A stretch of 64,000 nucleotides of DNA from Candidatus Eiseniibacteriota bacterium (GTDB lineage: Bacteria > Eisenbacteria > RBG-16-71-46 > CAIMUX01 > VGJL01): positions 1,856,001-1,920,000 of the forward strand of contig CAWBWI010000001.1 of NCBI GenBank assembly GCA_963792585.1, written 5' to 3'. A program made the translations under genes and the position numbers. Below are positions 10,385-21,009 of this stretch, piece after piece (position 1 is the first letter of the stretch; every line of letters starts with the position of its first letter). The notes below the pieces were generated by a model. The model ran no database searches. It saw nothing but the letters and a program-made list of their open reading frames with translations, and was not told where the DNA came from.

Positions 10385-11053
10385 CTATGCCCCACCTTCG
10401 AGCAGGAGGGCGGCAAGTTCGCGTGGCTCGGCGAGGAGTGCGTCCGCGCCCAAGAGTTCCTCGGCGGAACCGTATCCATAGAGACAGCCCACGAACCGGG
10501 CGCCGATCGCCCGCGCAGCCTCGAGATCGGCCGCGCGGTCCCCCACGAAGACGACCGGCGCAGGCCCGAGTTCGGCGAGCGCCCTGCGTGCCATCTCGGT
10601 CTTGGAGGTCATCCCGTCCAGTCCATGGTGGAAGATCAGATCGAAGAGTCGCGCGTAGTCCAGCTTCTCGGCCATGGCGTTGATGTAGCGTCTGCCCCCG
10701 TGACTGGCGAGGACGAGGCGGTCGCCGCGCGCGCGAAGGGCTTCGAGCATCCCATCGAGGCCGGGATAGAAGCGCGCCCGCGCGAGGACTTCCGCCACCT
10801 CTTCGTCGAGACAGTGGCTGCGCAGGTCGGCGGCCCGATGCTGGTCCTTCTCCGGCAGGAGCCGGCGGTAGAACTCATCACCGGGCTGGCCGGTCAGATC
10901 GCGGATCCGCTGGTCGCTCGGCACCGGGGCGTCGATCCCGTGCTCGGCGACATAGCGCGCGAACGCCCGCTGGATTGCCGGATTCGCGACCTCGTGTGAG
11001 GGGACCAGGGTGCCGTCGTTGTCGAAGATCAGGATGCGATTCGTTTCGGGCAC
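10385..11053 (-). CDS. HAD-superfamily hydrolase (phosphoglycolate phosphatase-like)
   Basis: Motif I IFDNDGTL, motif IV FVGDRAADLEAA, YGYG; GTG start inferred. Confidence 0.85.
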   Translation of the reverse strand: MPETNRILIFDNDGTLVPSHEVANPAIQRAFARYVAEHGIDAPVPSDQRIRDLTGQPGDEFYRRLLPEKDQHRAADLRSHCLDEEVAEVLARARFYPGLDGMLEALRARGDRLVLASHGGRRYINAMAEKLDYARLFDLIFHHGLDGMTSKTEMARRALAELGPAPVVFVGDRAADLEAARAIGARFVGCLYGYGSAEELLGADALLAEPRELAALLLEGGA

Positions 11054-11067
11054 GCTTTCGAAGCCTC

Positions 11068-12219
11068 CTAGGGACCGCGCCGGATACGTCCCCGCGCGAC
11101 CAATCGGTAGAGCGGCACATCCCACCGCGCGGGCAGGAAGCACTCCGTGATCCCCACGACGCCGTCCATCGCCGGGTCGGCGCACGAGAGCCGGCTCAGG
11201 GAGCGCACATTGAAGGGGCCGCGATCGATGTCACGGACCACGTTCGCCGTCCACGATTCGCCGCCCCCCTCGCCGCGGACCTCGAGAGGGTGGGGCATTC
11301 CCCATCGATTGCGCCGGACATGCCCCGGCTCGATATGCGAACCCTCGATCAACTGTCCGCCCGACCGATCGCTCCGGTAGAGGAACTCGCGCGCGGTCTG
11401 CGGCGCCGTGGGCAAGGCTTCGTTCGGATCGAGCGGCGCGTCCGCGGGATCGAGACGGAAGTAGGCGATCGTGCGCTCACTTCCCTGGAAGCGACCCCAG
11501 ATCCAGCGGCCGATGTGCTGACTCACCGGCAAGCGGCCGACGTTGCGATCCACGTATCCGAGGGCTTGCAGCTGCAGACTGCGTGTGCGGCCGAGCGGGT
11601 CGCTCCACTGGATCTTCCCCGTCACTTCCGTCCGCGCGGCTACGATCTGCCACTCGTGGGGCACCTCCATCCCCTTCGAACCTTCCGTGGCGAGGGGGAT
11701 GATGCCGCTGCCGGGGGTGAGGGAGCGCACCTTGAGGCTGCCCTCGACCGCCCGCCGAAGGTACTTCGAGCGATCCGAGAACTCGATCTGGAAGGAACCG
11801 TCGCGATCTCTCGTGACCCGGTTCTCACCCACACCGAGGGTCGCGCCGGGCGCCGGCAGTTCTTCTCCTAACCCGGGCGCCCCCGCGTGCAGGTTCGGGA
11901 ACCAGAGATCCGAACCGCCCCGAACGAGCGAGGCCTCGACGATGACATAGGCTTCGGTGCGCCCCCGGTCGTAGAGGGCGAGGCCGAACGCGCCATAGTT
12001 GGTCGGATCGGCAAGATCAGGCCCCTCATCGGGCTGTTTCCACCCGGCATCGCGGAGCTCCAGCACTTCGTCGTAGTAGCGCGGCGAGAAGAGAAAACCG
12101 GAATGCCATGTCGCGACCAGGACGTAGCGGCCGTCCAGGCTGATCGCGTCGAAGTAGTACCAGCCGTACCCCCCGGGCAGAGGGTGCGTCCGGACATCGG
12201 AAACAGAGCGTTCCGCCAT
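11068..12219 (-). CDS. CrtC/carotenoid 1,2-hydratase-like (lipocalin/AttH-like) protein
   Basis: 'PGGYGWYYFDAISLDGRY...FSPRY' and 'GYVDRNVG..P....GRWIWGR' resemble CrtC-family motifs. Confidence 0.6.
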   Translation of the reverse strand: MAERSVSDVRTHPLPGGYGWYYFDAISLDGRYVLVATWHSGFLFSPRYYDEVLELRDAGWKQPDEGPDLADPTNYGAFGLALYDRGRTEAYVIVEASLVRGGSDLWFPNLHAGAPGLGEELPAPGATLGVGENRVTRDRDGSFQIEFSDRSKYLRRAVEGSLKVRSLTPGSGIIPLATEGSKGMEVPHEWQIVAARTEVTGKIQWSDPLGRTRSLQLQALGYVDRNVGRLPVSQHIGRWIWGRFQGSERTIAYFRLDPADAPLDPNEALPTAPQTAREFLYRSDRSGGQLIEGSHIEPGHVRRNRWGMPHPLEVRGEGGGESWTANVVRDIDRGPFNVRSLSRLSCADPAMDGVVGITECFLPARWDVPLYRLVARGRIRRGP

Positions 12220-12413
12220 CGGACCTCCCGAGCCCACCGGCCGAGCCGGTGCAAAATCCGACCCCCCCGGATCAAGGTTCTGATCTTAGAGCCTCCGGGC
12301 TGAACGCGCCTCCCTTCTTTCCTTCCGCGCCAGGATCGTCTAACCTGCGCCTGCGACGGCCTAAAGGGGGCCGGCGCCAACGGAGACGGGCCTTCAAGGA
12401 GATGCAGGTACCG

Positions 12414-13766
12414 ATGTCACGAACGGATCGCTTCGTCGGAAGCATGGTTGGCTTGGCAGTCGGGGACGCTCTCGGCTACCCGGTGGAAGGTTGGACCCAC
12501 GAGCAGATCGAATCGCTCTACGGTCGGATCACCGATTACGTGGACTCCCCGCTCGATCCTCCGGAGAAGTGGCGAATGCCGGGTCTTCATTCCGACGACA
12601 CCCAACAGGCCCTCGCGCTCGCGGACGTGATGATCATGGTCGGCCGCGCCGATCCCGACGCACTCTGTCAGAAGTTCATGGAGATGGCAGAGGGACCGCC
12701 GCATCTCTCTCTCGGCGCCCATCGCGGCGCCGGAAGGAACTTTCGCTATACGATCCAGGCGCTCGGCGGCGGCGCGGGGTGGAATCAGGGATCGCGGCAC
12801 ACGGCTGGAGTGGGTGCGAGCATGCGGGTCGCCCCGGTCGGGCTCGCCCTCGGAATCGACGACGCGGCCGTGCGAAACAATGCCGCGATCCAAGCGCTCG
12901 TCACGCACAACGACCCGCGCGCCGTCGCCGCCGCGTTTCTGGTTGCCAATGCCGTGGGACGGCTTGCGTGGATGCCGCCAAGCCCCTTCCAGCCCGAGGC
13001 CTTTCTGAAGGAATCGATCCACTTCGTTCGCCGCTCCGAGGAATGGCTGATCGAGGCGCACGGACGTCATCTCGCGCGCGAGAGCCGGCCGCTCCTGCAC
13101 CACATGAGCGACGCGCTGATCGGAATCGTCGATCAGCTCGACAAGGCGCCGGCCGCCGTACTGCCCGGGATCGCGGAGCGCGCTTCCGCGCTCGCCGGCT
13201 ACACGATCGAGCATCCCTGCCGCGGATTCGCGCCCGCGGGCGTCGTCTCGGCCTTCTACTTCTACCTTCACTTCCGCGGTGAGTACGAGGCCGCGGTGAC
13301 CGAGGCGGTGAATTGGGGCGGGGACACCGACACCGTCTGCGCAATACTGGGAGCGATCTGTGGGGCACATCACGGTGTGGAGGCGATTCCCGCGCGCTGG
13401 CGAGAGCGACTTCTCGGTCTGAACCTCGTCGTCTCGCGCGCGAAGGCCCTCGCAGGTGACCGCTCCGCGTACGACACGATGCCTGACCTGGGCGCAGTCG
13501 AACTGCACTGGACGATGGAAGAGGACCGGATCCGCCGCGAGAAAACCGGACAACCGCCCGTCGACACGACCGACTACGTGCGCAAGGTCGTCGTGCGGCA
13601 GATTCCGCCGCGCGAGCGCGATGACGAGGGAGACCCAAGGCGCATCACCGTCCGCTCGGGCGACGACGGCTACGGTGAGCGTGGCCCCGAGGGGGATCGC
13701 GGTGGGCGGGGCCCGTCGAGCCATCGGCATCAGGAGCGGAGGGGCGGGAGGGGGAGGCGGAGGTAG
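12414..13766 (+). CDS. ADP-ribosylglycohydrolase family protein
   Basis: GLAVGDALGYPVE, SDDTQQAL, GASMRVAP, THND, GGDTDT motifs. Confidence 0.9.
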   Translation: MSRTDRFVGSMVGLAVGDALGYPVEGWTHEQIESLYGRITDYVDSPLDPPEKWRMPGLHSDDTQQALALADVMIMVGRADPDALCQKFMEMAEGPPHLSLGAHRGAGRNFRYTIQALGGGAGWNQGSRHTAGVGASMRVAPVGLALGIDDAAVRNNAAIQALVTHNDPRAVAAAFLVANAVGRLAWMPPSPFQPEAFLKESIHFVRRSEEWLIEAHGRHLARESRPLLHHMSDALIGIVDQLDKAPAAVLPGIAERASALAGYTIEHPCRGFAPAGVVSAFYFYLHFRGEYEAAVTEAVNWGGDTDTVCAILGAICGAHHGVEAIPARWRERLLGLNLVVSRAKALAGDRSAYDTMPDLGAVELHWTMEEDRIRREKTGQPPVDTTDYVRKVVVRQIPPRERDDEGDPRRITVRSGDDGYGERGPEGDRGGRGPSSHRHQERRGGRGRRR

Positions 13767-13909
13767 CGTCGCCGTCGGCCGGCAGGCCCGTCATCCTGCG
13801 CGGCTCCTGTTTTGCCCGTTCCGTCCGAGAACTCGATCGCGGGTGCTCATCCCCCTACGCCGCCTCCCTGTAGGAGTACTTCAGGAGCCCGCCGAGGCGA
13901 TCTCTCACC

Positions 13910-14163
13910 TGTGCCTCCTGAGAACCCCATCCAGACAACGAACCGCCGACGAGCCACCCATCCGTTCGCTGGATCTCGCGCACTTGATGATAGTCGAGAT
14001 GAGCCCGGGGTCCCGGAGTTGATTCCGGATGGCCAAAGTCCCATTGGCTCTGGAACGCCGAGATGAGGGTGCGTATCAGTCTGAGAGGCATGACGGTGAG
14101 CCTACCGCTGGCTGGACGGTGACCTCAACTCGAGCAACGCGGATGAGGCCTGTGGAATGGACA
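13910..14163 (-). mobile_element. Internally deleted (MITE-like) derivative of the integrase-core IS, both ends retained
   Basis: Begins TGTGCCTCCTGAGAACCCCATCC, ends GGATGAGGCCTGTGGAATGGACA; contains the subterminal GATCTCGCGCACTTGATGATAGTCGAG and the transposase start MPLRLIRTLISAFQ. Confidence 0.8.
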
Positions 14164-14393
14164 GGGACCGGCGATGTCCGGCGCTTAGGCGCGTTCGGGA
14201 GAAACGTGTAGGATCACCGAGCGAAGACTTCCGGTGAGGTTGAGTGGTCCGCGAGCCACGGGGCGAACCGGTGGGTGCCTCGGGCGTGAGCCCGCCCCGT
14301 TGGCGGATGACCGGTCCTCCGCCAGGAGAAAGGGGTGACGGGCCGCCGGCCGAACGTAGGAAACGCATCCTTGGACAGCGGCGGAGAAAGAGC

Positions 14394-15959
14394 ATGCGAG
14401 GATTGTTGGATTTGGGGTCGGTGATACGGTCCGCGCCCGAGTCGGTCGGGGGACCGAAATGGCTGCGCGCCCTGCTCTTCATCGCACCGGCCCTGGTCGC
14501 CCTCGGCGTCGCAATCCGGCACGGACCCTACCTGATCGACGATGCGTACATCACTTTTCGCTATGCCGAGAACCTGGCGGCCGGGCACGGCGTGGTCTTC
14601 AACCGGGGCGAGGCCGTGCTCGGCACGAGCACACCTTTGATGACTTTCGTGCTAGGGCTATTCAAGCTCCTGGGGGTGAGCGTGCCGCTTGCGGCGCGCT
14701 GGCTGGGGATCCTCTCAGCGGCGGGTGTCGTGTTGCTGGTGGAGTCGCTGGCCCTGCCCTCGATGGGTCCCTTCGGGGCAGCGGCCGTAGGTATATGCCT
14801 TGCGCTGCATCCGGACCTGGCATTCACCGCGAACTCCGGCATGGAGACGGGGCTGAGCATGGCGGCGGTGTACGGCGGGCTGCTGCTGACTTTGCGAGGG
14901 CGATTCGGTCTGGCCGGCCTGGTTGGCGGGGCCGCGTTTCTCCTGCGACCGGACGGGCTGCTGGTGATCTCCATCGCCTTCTGTATGGCAGCGCTTCGTT
15001 CTCCGCGAGGCGCCTGGCGCGTCGCGCTCGCGGCCGTCCTGGTCTCGCTCCCTTGGCTGATCACAGCGACCCTGAACTACGGAAGCATCGTGCCGCACTC
15101 CGTCATGGCCAAGCAGGCGATCCATCCGGCTTCGCCGCTCGGTGTCCTGGGCGAGAGCCTATTGCGGTTGTCCGTTGGGACCGAAATGCGAATCGCGTGC
15201 GTCCTGGCGCTGGCCGGGGTCTTCTTCGCCGCGCGGCGCAGGTCGGGATTGCTGCTTGTGGCGCTGTGGATGGCGATGTACCAGGCCGGCCTCATGGCCG
15301 CCCGCGTTCAATCCTACTTCCCCTGGTACCTGAGCCCGCTGTATCCCGGCATCCTGCTGCTGGCTGCATACGGCGTCCACAACCTCGCCGGCCTAGCGTG
15401 CCCGCCCAGGAGTGCGCGGGTCGGTCTTTGTCGAGCGGCCGCGCTGAGCTTGGCGCCGGTGGTGCTGCTGGCTCTGGGTGGCCTCGGGCTGTACGGGACC
15501 CGGAGTTGGAACGAGGGCACGTATCAGAGCGTGTTCGGGGATAGGGTCCAGACCTATCGTGCGACCGCGGACGCTTTGCGTAGTCGCTGCGCTCCCGGCG
15601 ACGTCGTCTTCGTTGGCGAGGTCGGGGCCCTGGCCTACGGCCTTCCCGAGCAGGTGATTCTCGACAGCTCGGGGATCAACTCGCCAGCCGTGCTTCGCGC
15701 GCGGATCGCCGATCGCGACCGGCTCCGGGCGGCGGGAGTGGCGGACCCCCTCGGGGAAGGTTCACCGGCTTGGGTGCGCGACGTCATAGGACGGTTTCGA
15801 CCCCGCTACATCGTCACGTGGGGACCGTGGTTGCACATTGCCACCATCATGCGCGATCCATCGATCATGCGTTCCTATCATCACCTCACGGAGCTGGAGC
15901 ACTCCAACTTCTACGTGCTCGAACGGACGGCGCAGCAAGGAGTCGGGCGCCCCGATTGA
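14394..15959 (+). CDS. Polytopic membrane GT-C-like glycosyltransferase (AftB-like)
   Basis: IDDAYITFRYAENLAAGHGVVFN, SGMET and LRPDG motifs; many TM segments. Confidence 0.75.
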   Translation: MRGLLDLGSVIRSAPESVGGPKWLRALLFIAPALVALGVAIRHGPYLIDDAYITFRYAENLAAGHGVVFNRGEAVLGTSTPLMTFVLGLFKLLGVSVPLAARWLGILSAAGVVLLVESLALPSMGPFGAAAVGICLALHPDLAFTANSGMETGLSMAAVYGGLLLTLRGRFGLAGLVGGAAFLLRPDGLLVISIAFCMAALRSPRGAWRVALAAVLVSLPWLITATLNYGSIVPHSVMAKQAIHPASPLGVLGESLLRLSVGTEMRIACVLALAGVFFAARRRSGLLLVALWMAMYQAGLMAARVQSYFPWYLSPLYPGILLLAAYGVHNLAGLACPPRSARVGLCRAAALSLAPVVLLALGGLGLYGTRSWNEGTYQSVFGDRVQTYRATADALRSRCAPGDVVFVGEVGALAYGLPEQVILDSSGINSPAVLRARIADRDRLRAAGVADPLGEGSPAWVRDVIGRFRPRYIVTWGPWLHIATIMRDPSIMRSYHHLTELEHSNFYVLERTAQQGVGRPD

Positions 15960-15964
15960 CCTAC

Positions 15965-16280
15965 TGTCCCTCCCGCAAACCCCATCCAGCAGGCGAACAG
16001 ACGCCGCGCCGCCCATCCCCCACCTTGATCTCGCGCACACAATGATAGTCGAGAGGAGTCCGGAGAGCCGTGGGCGAATTCGCTCGTGCGGACCAGCCAG
16101 ACAAGGCGACTGCGGACATCAAGTGGATGGATAGATCGCGAAGATCAGGCCGCCAGTCGAAAGGACCGGTGACGGAGCTCGCCAACCATCGGTTCTGAGC
16201 AGATCCCTCCGATGGCGGACGGCTCAACCTCCCGTCGAACTGGGCAGTCCTTCTCCAATCCGAGATGCGTGCGCGATCCA
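15965..16280 (-). mobile_element. IS remnant: right end plus transposase 3' fragment
   Basis: TGTCCCTCCCGCAAACCCCATCC TIR 5 bp after the upstream stop; minus strand encodes GSRTHLGLEKDCPV...EPMVGELRHRSFRLAA*. Confidence 0.8.
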
Positions 16281-16353
16281 ACCAAGGGGCGATCCCCACT
16301 CTTGGCAGAGAGAAGACCGCCCATCTGAGTCAGTGTTCTGTCCTAGCGTCGTT

Positions 16354-16740
16354 CTACCGCAGGACCACCCATCGTTTGCTGGCCCTTCCCGTCGAGGTCT
16401 CCAGGCGCATCCAGTAAGTGCCCGCTGCGAGAGGCCGCCCGCTGTCTTCAACCCAGGAGCCGACCGACCCGTCCAGCGTGTGCACTCCCGCGCGGCAGGC
16501 CCCCAGGCGCTGCACCGCCAGTTCGCGTCCGGCGGCGTCAAAGAGCCAGATCGTCACGTCCTCCTGCCGGGGAAGCGACCACGAGACGCTCAACGCATCC
16601 GTACTCGGGTTCGGACGTACCTGCAACTCCAGGGAGGGCGGAACTTCTGGACGCGGTGGTTGCGCTGGTCCACAACGTAGATGTCCCCGGCGCCATCGAT
16701 TGTGATTCCGCAGGCGTTCCTGTACACGCACCGTCTCAGC
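16354..16740 (-). pseudogene. Remnant of an NHL-repeat protein with a FlgD/T9SS-like C-terminal domain
   Basis: GITIDGAGDIYVVDQRNHRVQKF (NHL) is in one frame and PNPS...FDAAGR...GTYWMRL in another; no 5' part. Confidence 0.65.
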
Positions 16741-16746
16741 GGCAGT

Positions 16747-17457
16747 TCAATCGTGCTCTCGTACGCGCCGCGGGGACTGGGGCCGTAGATTACGACCACC
16801 AGCAGAAGGGGCCGTGCGGCCCCGTCTTCTGTTGATGATCCACTCCGCGACGATCATGTTGATCACCCAGCCGGCTGCCATCATTATGCCGCGGCCCGTC
16901 TCACCCGGCTTGCCGACCAGGAGGAAGAAGGGCAGGTGGGTCAGCACTTGTGTGCCGGCGCCCAGCCCAATCGCATACGCACGAGTCATCCACTCGCCGT
17001 GCGTCGCGAATTCGCGACGCCCGATCGCGACGACGGCAAGCACGAGCGACACGACCATGGCTCCTCCGAAGACGAGCCGCTCCACGTAAACGGCCACGCC
17101 ATCCCCTGCGGGCCACGGATAGAAGTGCGCCATCCACAGCCCCGTCAGCGCGGCCACCATTCCCAAACCGACGAGCGCCTTGCCGGCCGCACGGTGCCAC
17201 GCCCGGTGGCGACGCCGAAACGCCGGCGCGAACTGGAACGCGCCGAAAATGCAGTAGGGGATGACCGCGAGCACGTGCAGCACCACAGGGAGGGGCGATC
17301 CGAAGAACCGCGCGTTGGCGCTGGTGACCTCGGCGCCGGTAGCAAGCTCCGCGAGGCGGGCCGTGCCGGCGATCACCGGCACGAGACTCAACAGGATCAG
17401 CAGAGCAGGGATCATCCATTCCGACCGGCGCGAGACCGCCAGGATTCCCGTGCTCAT
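16747..17457 (-). CDS. DUF2306 family membrane protein
   Basis: PLPVVLHVL...FQFAPAFRRRHRAWHR..G, HGEWMTRAYAIGLGAGTQ; ATGA overlap with the upstream gene. Confidence 0.85.
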   Translation of the reverse strand: MSTGILAVSRRSEWMIPALLILLSLVPVIAGTARLAELATGAEVTSANARFFGSPLPVVLHVLAVIPYCIFGAFQFAPAFRRRHRAWHRAAGKALVGLGMVAALTGLWMAHFYPWPAGDGVAVYVERLVFGGAMVVSLVLAVVAIGRREFATHGEWMTRAYAIGLGAGTQVLTHLPFFLLVGKPGETGRGIMMAAGWVINMIVAEWIINRRRGRTAPSAGGRNLRPQSPRRVREHD

Positions 17458-18110
17458 CGCGACACCAACCGCAGGCCGGCCATCAGCGCCACTTCGCTGC
17501 GCGTCTCCGAGCCGCCCCTGCCCGAGAGCGGCTTGAAGCGGGTCATGTAGTTGCGCGCTTCGAGCTTCAACCGGACGCGGCCACCGCCCAGTTCCCCGCC
17601 GACGCTGGCGTAGGCCGCTGGGACGTGCGTGACCGCTAGGTCCACGTGGCGGTGGTTGTAGGAGCGCGCTCCGGCGCCGACGCCGGCGAAGGGGCGGAAC
17701 GCGATTGCCCTGCCCGCATGCAACCCTCGCGCACGCGCCTCGGCGCCGATGTCGTACGAGAACAGGTCGAGGGCGGGATTGCCAGCGAGAGTCAGATCGC
17801 GGCTGCGGGCCCAACCCATCGTCGCGGTGACGGCCATCGCCGGGTGAACGATGTACGACAGCTGAACGGTGCTCAACGCTCCACTCGAGATAGCCCTGCG
17901 CTGCTCACCGGCGGGAAGGGCGGCTCCGGAGGACATCAGGAATTCCCAGCGAGCGGTCGGTTCGGCCGGGACCTGCGCGCTCGCCGGCAGGATCGCTGCG
18001 GAAAGCAAGGTGATCGAGGCAATGACCGCGACAGCGAGCGAGCCGGAACTCGCGGTGAGATTGCGAACATTGCGAGGAACGGTTGACGAGTAGCTGAGGG
18101 TGAGTGACAT
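17454..18110 (-). CDS. Hypothetical secreted protein, probable outer-membrane beta-barrel
   Basis: Signal-like N-terminus; alternating beta pattern (RPFAGVGAG); AGGAGG RBS before MSLTLS. Confidence 0.6.
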   Translation of the reverse strand: MSLTLSYSSTVPRNVRNLTASSGSLAVAVIASITLLSAAILPASAQVPAEPTARWEFLMSSGAALPAGEQRRAISSGALSTVQLSYIVHPAMAVTATMGWARSRDLTLAGNPALDLFSYDIGAEARARGLHAGRAIAFRPFAGVGAGARSYNHRHVDLAVTHVPAAYASVGGELGGGRVRLKLEARNYMTRFKPLSGRGGSETRSEVALMAGLRLVSR

Positions 18111-18166
18111 GGTTGCGAACCTCCTTGTGTGGATTGGGAGTTTGTTTCTTCGTTGTCGAAGGGAGA

Positions 18167-19576
18167 TCAGCTGCTTCCGGGTGGCCGGACCGTCCGCGTT
18201 GACGAGATCGAGATGGCGAGTGCGACGGCCATGAGTCCTGCTGCGGCCGCGAACGTGGTTCGCATGCCTGCCGCGATTGCGGCGGGCGCCGCAGTTGAGA
18301 TGCCGTCCGTTCCGGTGCCGAGCGCGAACACCGCGCCCATGACGGATGCGCCGGTGATCAGCCCGAGGTTGCGTGACAGGTTGACGAGGCTGGAGAGGGT
18401 CCCCCGACGATCGGGGTGGACTCCGGACATGACGGCTGTGTTGTTCGCGGTCTGGAACAACGCGTAACCGGCAGTAACGACCGCAATGGGGAGCACGTAG
18501 CCGAGCGCGCCGAACCGGACCGGCAGTAGCGACAGCGCAACCGCGCCGATGGAGATGGTGAGGAGCCCCGCGCGAGCCGTGGGGCGCGCGCCGTAGCGGT
18601 CCGCCAGGAGGCCGGCCGGCACGCCGGCCAGTGCAACCACCAACGGACCGACCGACAGCAGGAATCCGACCAGCGTGGGAGGAAGCGCGAGTGCGCGAGA
18701 GAGGTAGAAGGGCCCGACGACGAGTGTGGACATCATCACAGTCGAGACGAGTGCGCCGGCGGCGAGGCTCGTGCTCAGGAAGCGGTCGCGAACCACTTCC
18801 GGCCGAATCAGTGGCGCCGCCACTCTCGACTCTACGAACAGGAACAGGGCTGCCCCCGTCGCCGCGGCGAGAAGCAGGCCGAGTGGTAGCGGGCCGAAGC
18901 CGCCGTGCTCGAGGGTCATGGCGAGCGCGTATAAGGCAAGTGTGCCGGCCAGCAGCAGGGTGCCGAGTGGGTCGAGCCCCGCCCGCACGCTCATCGGCGG
19001 CCGCCCGCCCTCGGGGAGGTAACGAAGAGCGAACAGCAGGCTGAGCAGGCCGACTGGCACGTTGACGAGGAAGAGCCAGCGCCAGCCGGGTCCGGCCATC
19101 AGCAGCCCGCCGAGCGACGGGCCGAACGCGGTGCCGATGGCGGACATGGTGCCGAGAAGCCCCATGGCGCTGCCGGTTCGCTCTCGCGAGATGGTCTCCC
19201 CGACGAAGGCCAGGCTCATCGCCATCATGGCCGCGGCGCCGAGTCCTTGCGCCGCTCGCGCGGCCAGCAGTACTCCCAGCCCCGGAGCGGCGCCGCACAC
19301 CAGCGAAGCCAAGGTGAAGAGCGAGATGCCCGCCGCCAACAGCCGGCGGCGTCCGATAAGGTCGCCCAGCCGCCCCGCGCTCACGATGAACGTCGTGATG
19401 GCGAGGAGGTAGGCAAGCACGATCCACTGCACGGCCCGGAAAGGGGCCGAGAAATCATCCGCCAGGACCGGAAGGGCGGTGTTGGTGATGCTGGTGTCCA
19501 GCGACGCCATCAGCATGGGCAGTGAGAGCGCGACCAGCGCCCCGCGGATGCCTTTCGTGCTCGTGTTGGTTGCCAT
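18167..19576 (-). CDS. MFS drug-efflux transporter (DHA2/EmrB-QacA type)
   Basis: LDTSITNTALP, GRLGDLIGRRR, WRWLFLVNVPVG; 14-TM pattern. Confidence 0.9.
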   Translation of the reverse strand: MATNTSTKGIRGALVALSLPMLMASLDTSITNTALPVLADDFSAPFRAVQWIVLAYLLAITTFIVSAGRLGDLIGRRRLLAAGISLFTLASLVCGAAPGLGVLLAARAAQGLGAAAMMAMSLAFVGETISRERTGSAMGLLGTMSAIGTAFGPSLGGLLMAGPGWRWLFLVNVPVGLLSLLFALRYLPEGGRPPMSVRAGLDPLGTLLLAGTLALYALAMTLEHGGFGPLPLGLLLAAATGAALFLFVESRVAAPLIRPEVVRDRFLSTSLAAGALVSTVMMSTLVVGPFYLSRALALPPTLVGFLLSVGPLVVALAGVPAGLLADRYGARPTARAGLLTISIGAVALSLLPVRFGALGYVLPIAVVTAGYALFQTANNTAVMSGVHPDRRGTLSSLVNLSRNLGLITGASVMGAVFALGTGTDGISTAAPAAIAAGMRTTFAAAAGLMAVALAISISSTRTVRPPGSS

Positions 19577-19671
19577 GAGGGCAGCCTAGGGCGAGCCTGT
19601 GGCATGGCGGAAGACGCAGCGGTTGCACTGTATTCGTGCGCCTGACGCCATGCATGTGCTAGCATCGCGTC

Positions 19672-20577
19672 GTGTCCAATCCTGATCTCAACCTGCTCGT
19701 CACGCTGGATGTGCTGCTTGCCGAGCTCAGTGTGGCGCGTGCCGCGCGAAGGCTGCGGCTCAGCCCGTCGGCGATGAGCCGGGCGCTGGCGCGACTGCGG
19801 GAGACGACCGGCGACCCGCTTCTGGTGCGCGCCGGCCGCGGGCTGGTGCCCACGCCCCGAGCGCTCGAGCTACGCGAGCGTGTCGCCTTGCTGGTGCAGG
19901 AGGGAACCGCGGTGCTGAGCCCAGTCGAGCGGCTCAAACTGGGGAAGCTCGTCCGGACGTTCACGCTGCGCACCAGTGACGGCTTCGTGGAGAACTTCGG
20001 ACCGCGCCTCCTGGCTCGTATCCACACGGAAGCCCCTGGTGTGCGGCTGCGCCTCCTGCAGAAGTCCGACAAGGACAGCGGTCCGCTTCGCGAGGGGAGC
20101 GTGGACATGGAGACCGGCGTGGTCGAGCCGGACATGAGCCCGGAGTTGCGAGCGAAGGCCCTGTTCGTGGATCGCTTCGTCGGCGTGGTGCGCAGTGGGC
20201 ACCCCATCGCGCACGGAAAGCTGACGCTTGCTCGCTACGCGGCCAGCCGCCACATCAGCATCTCGCGGCGAGGAGAAGAGCAGGTCATGATCGACCAACT
20301 GCTGGAGTCGCTTGGCCGCAAGCGCGAGATCGCCACGATCGTGGGCGGATTTTCTGCCGCGATCGCGCTGGCCCGCGACTCGGATCTGATCGCCACGGTC
20401 CCGGAGCGCCATACCGAGAGTCTCCGCGCCGGCATGTACAGCTTTCAGCTGCCGTTCTCCTCGCCCGAGTTCACGGTCGCGCTGATCTGGCACCCACGCA
20501 TGGAAGCAGACGCGGCGCATCGCTGGTTGCGGGGATGCGTGCTGGAGGTGTGCAGAGAGCGGGACGGAGCGAGCTAA
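19672..20577 (+). CDS. LysR family transcriptional regulator, divergent from the MFS gene
   Basis: DLNLLVTLDVLLAELSVARAARRLRLSPSAMSRALARLR HTH. Confidence 0.92.
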   Translation: MSNPDLNLLVTLDVLLAELSVARAARRLRLSPSAMSRALARLRETTGDPLLVRAGRGLVPTPRALELRERVALLVQEGTAVLSPVERLKLGKLVRTFTLRTSDGFVENFGPRLLARIHTEAPGVRLRLLQKSDKDSGPLREGSVDMETGVVEPDMSPELRAKALFVDRFVGVVRSGHPIAHGKLTLARYAASRHISISRRGEEQVMIDQLLESLGRKREIATIVGGFSAAIALARDSDLIATVPERHTESLRAGMYSFQLPFSSPEFTVALIWHPRMEADAAHRWLRGCVLEVCRERDGAS

Positions 20578-20648
20578 CTCGATTCGACCAGGACGGCCCA
20601 CAAGGGCCGGTTCGACGCGAGGGGAAGTTCGCCAGGGGTACGCCAGGT

Positions 20649-20982
20649 AGTGCCTCCTACAAGCCCCATCTGGCCCAAGAACGGTCGACGGGCCACCCGT
20701 CCATGGCCTTGATCTCGCGCACCTGATGACAGTCGAGGGGAGTCCCGAGAGCCATAGGCGAATTCGATCGGTTCGATCGGACGGTTCAGCGATACAAGAT
20801 GACCGTCGACGTCAGACGGATGGGTAGATGGTGCCGATCACGCGCTCTGCGTACGGGTTCTGCCACGGAAAACGAGCCGAGATCAGACTTCTAACGATGA
20901 TGGAAAGCATCGCTGCTTTGCCAGCAGAACGGGGTCTCCAACCTCAAAGATCCCAACGCGGACAGAGTTTCTGGGAACCACA
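20649..20982 (-). mobile_element. Internally deleted IS derivative, both ends retained
   Basis: AGTGCCTCCTACAAGCCCCATC start, subterminal motif at 20711, WQNPYAERVIGTI fragment, end CAACGCGGACAGAGTTTCTGGGAACCACA. Confidence 0.75.
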
Positions 20983-21009
20983 GCGCATGCGTGCTGCGGC
21001 CACGTCCCC

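Noticed and set aside
12339..12400. GTCTAAC as the start of an attC site
   Set aside because: No matching GTTRRRY or palindromic arm follows.
13972..14000. 'LDYHQVREI' as a conserved small protein
   Set aside because: Copies differ by non-synonymous changes and stops and share no start codon; it is IS subterminal DNA.
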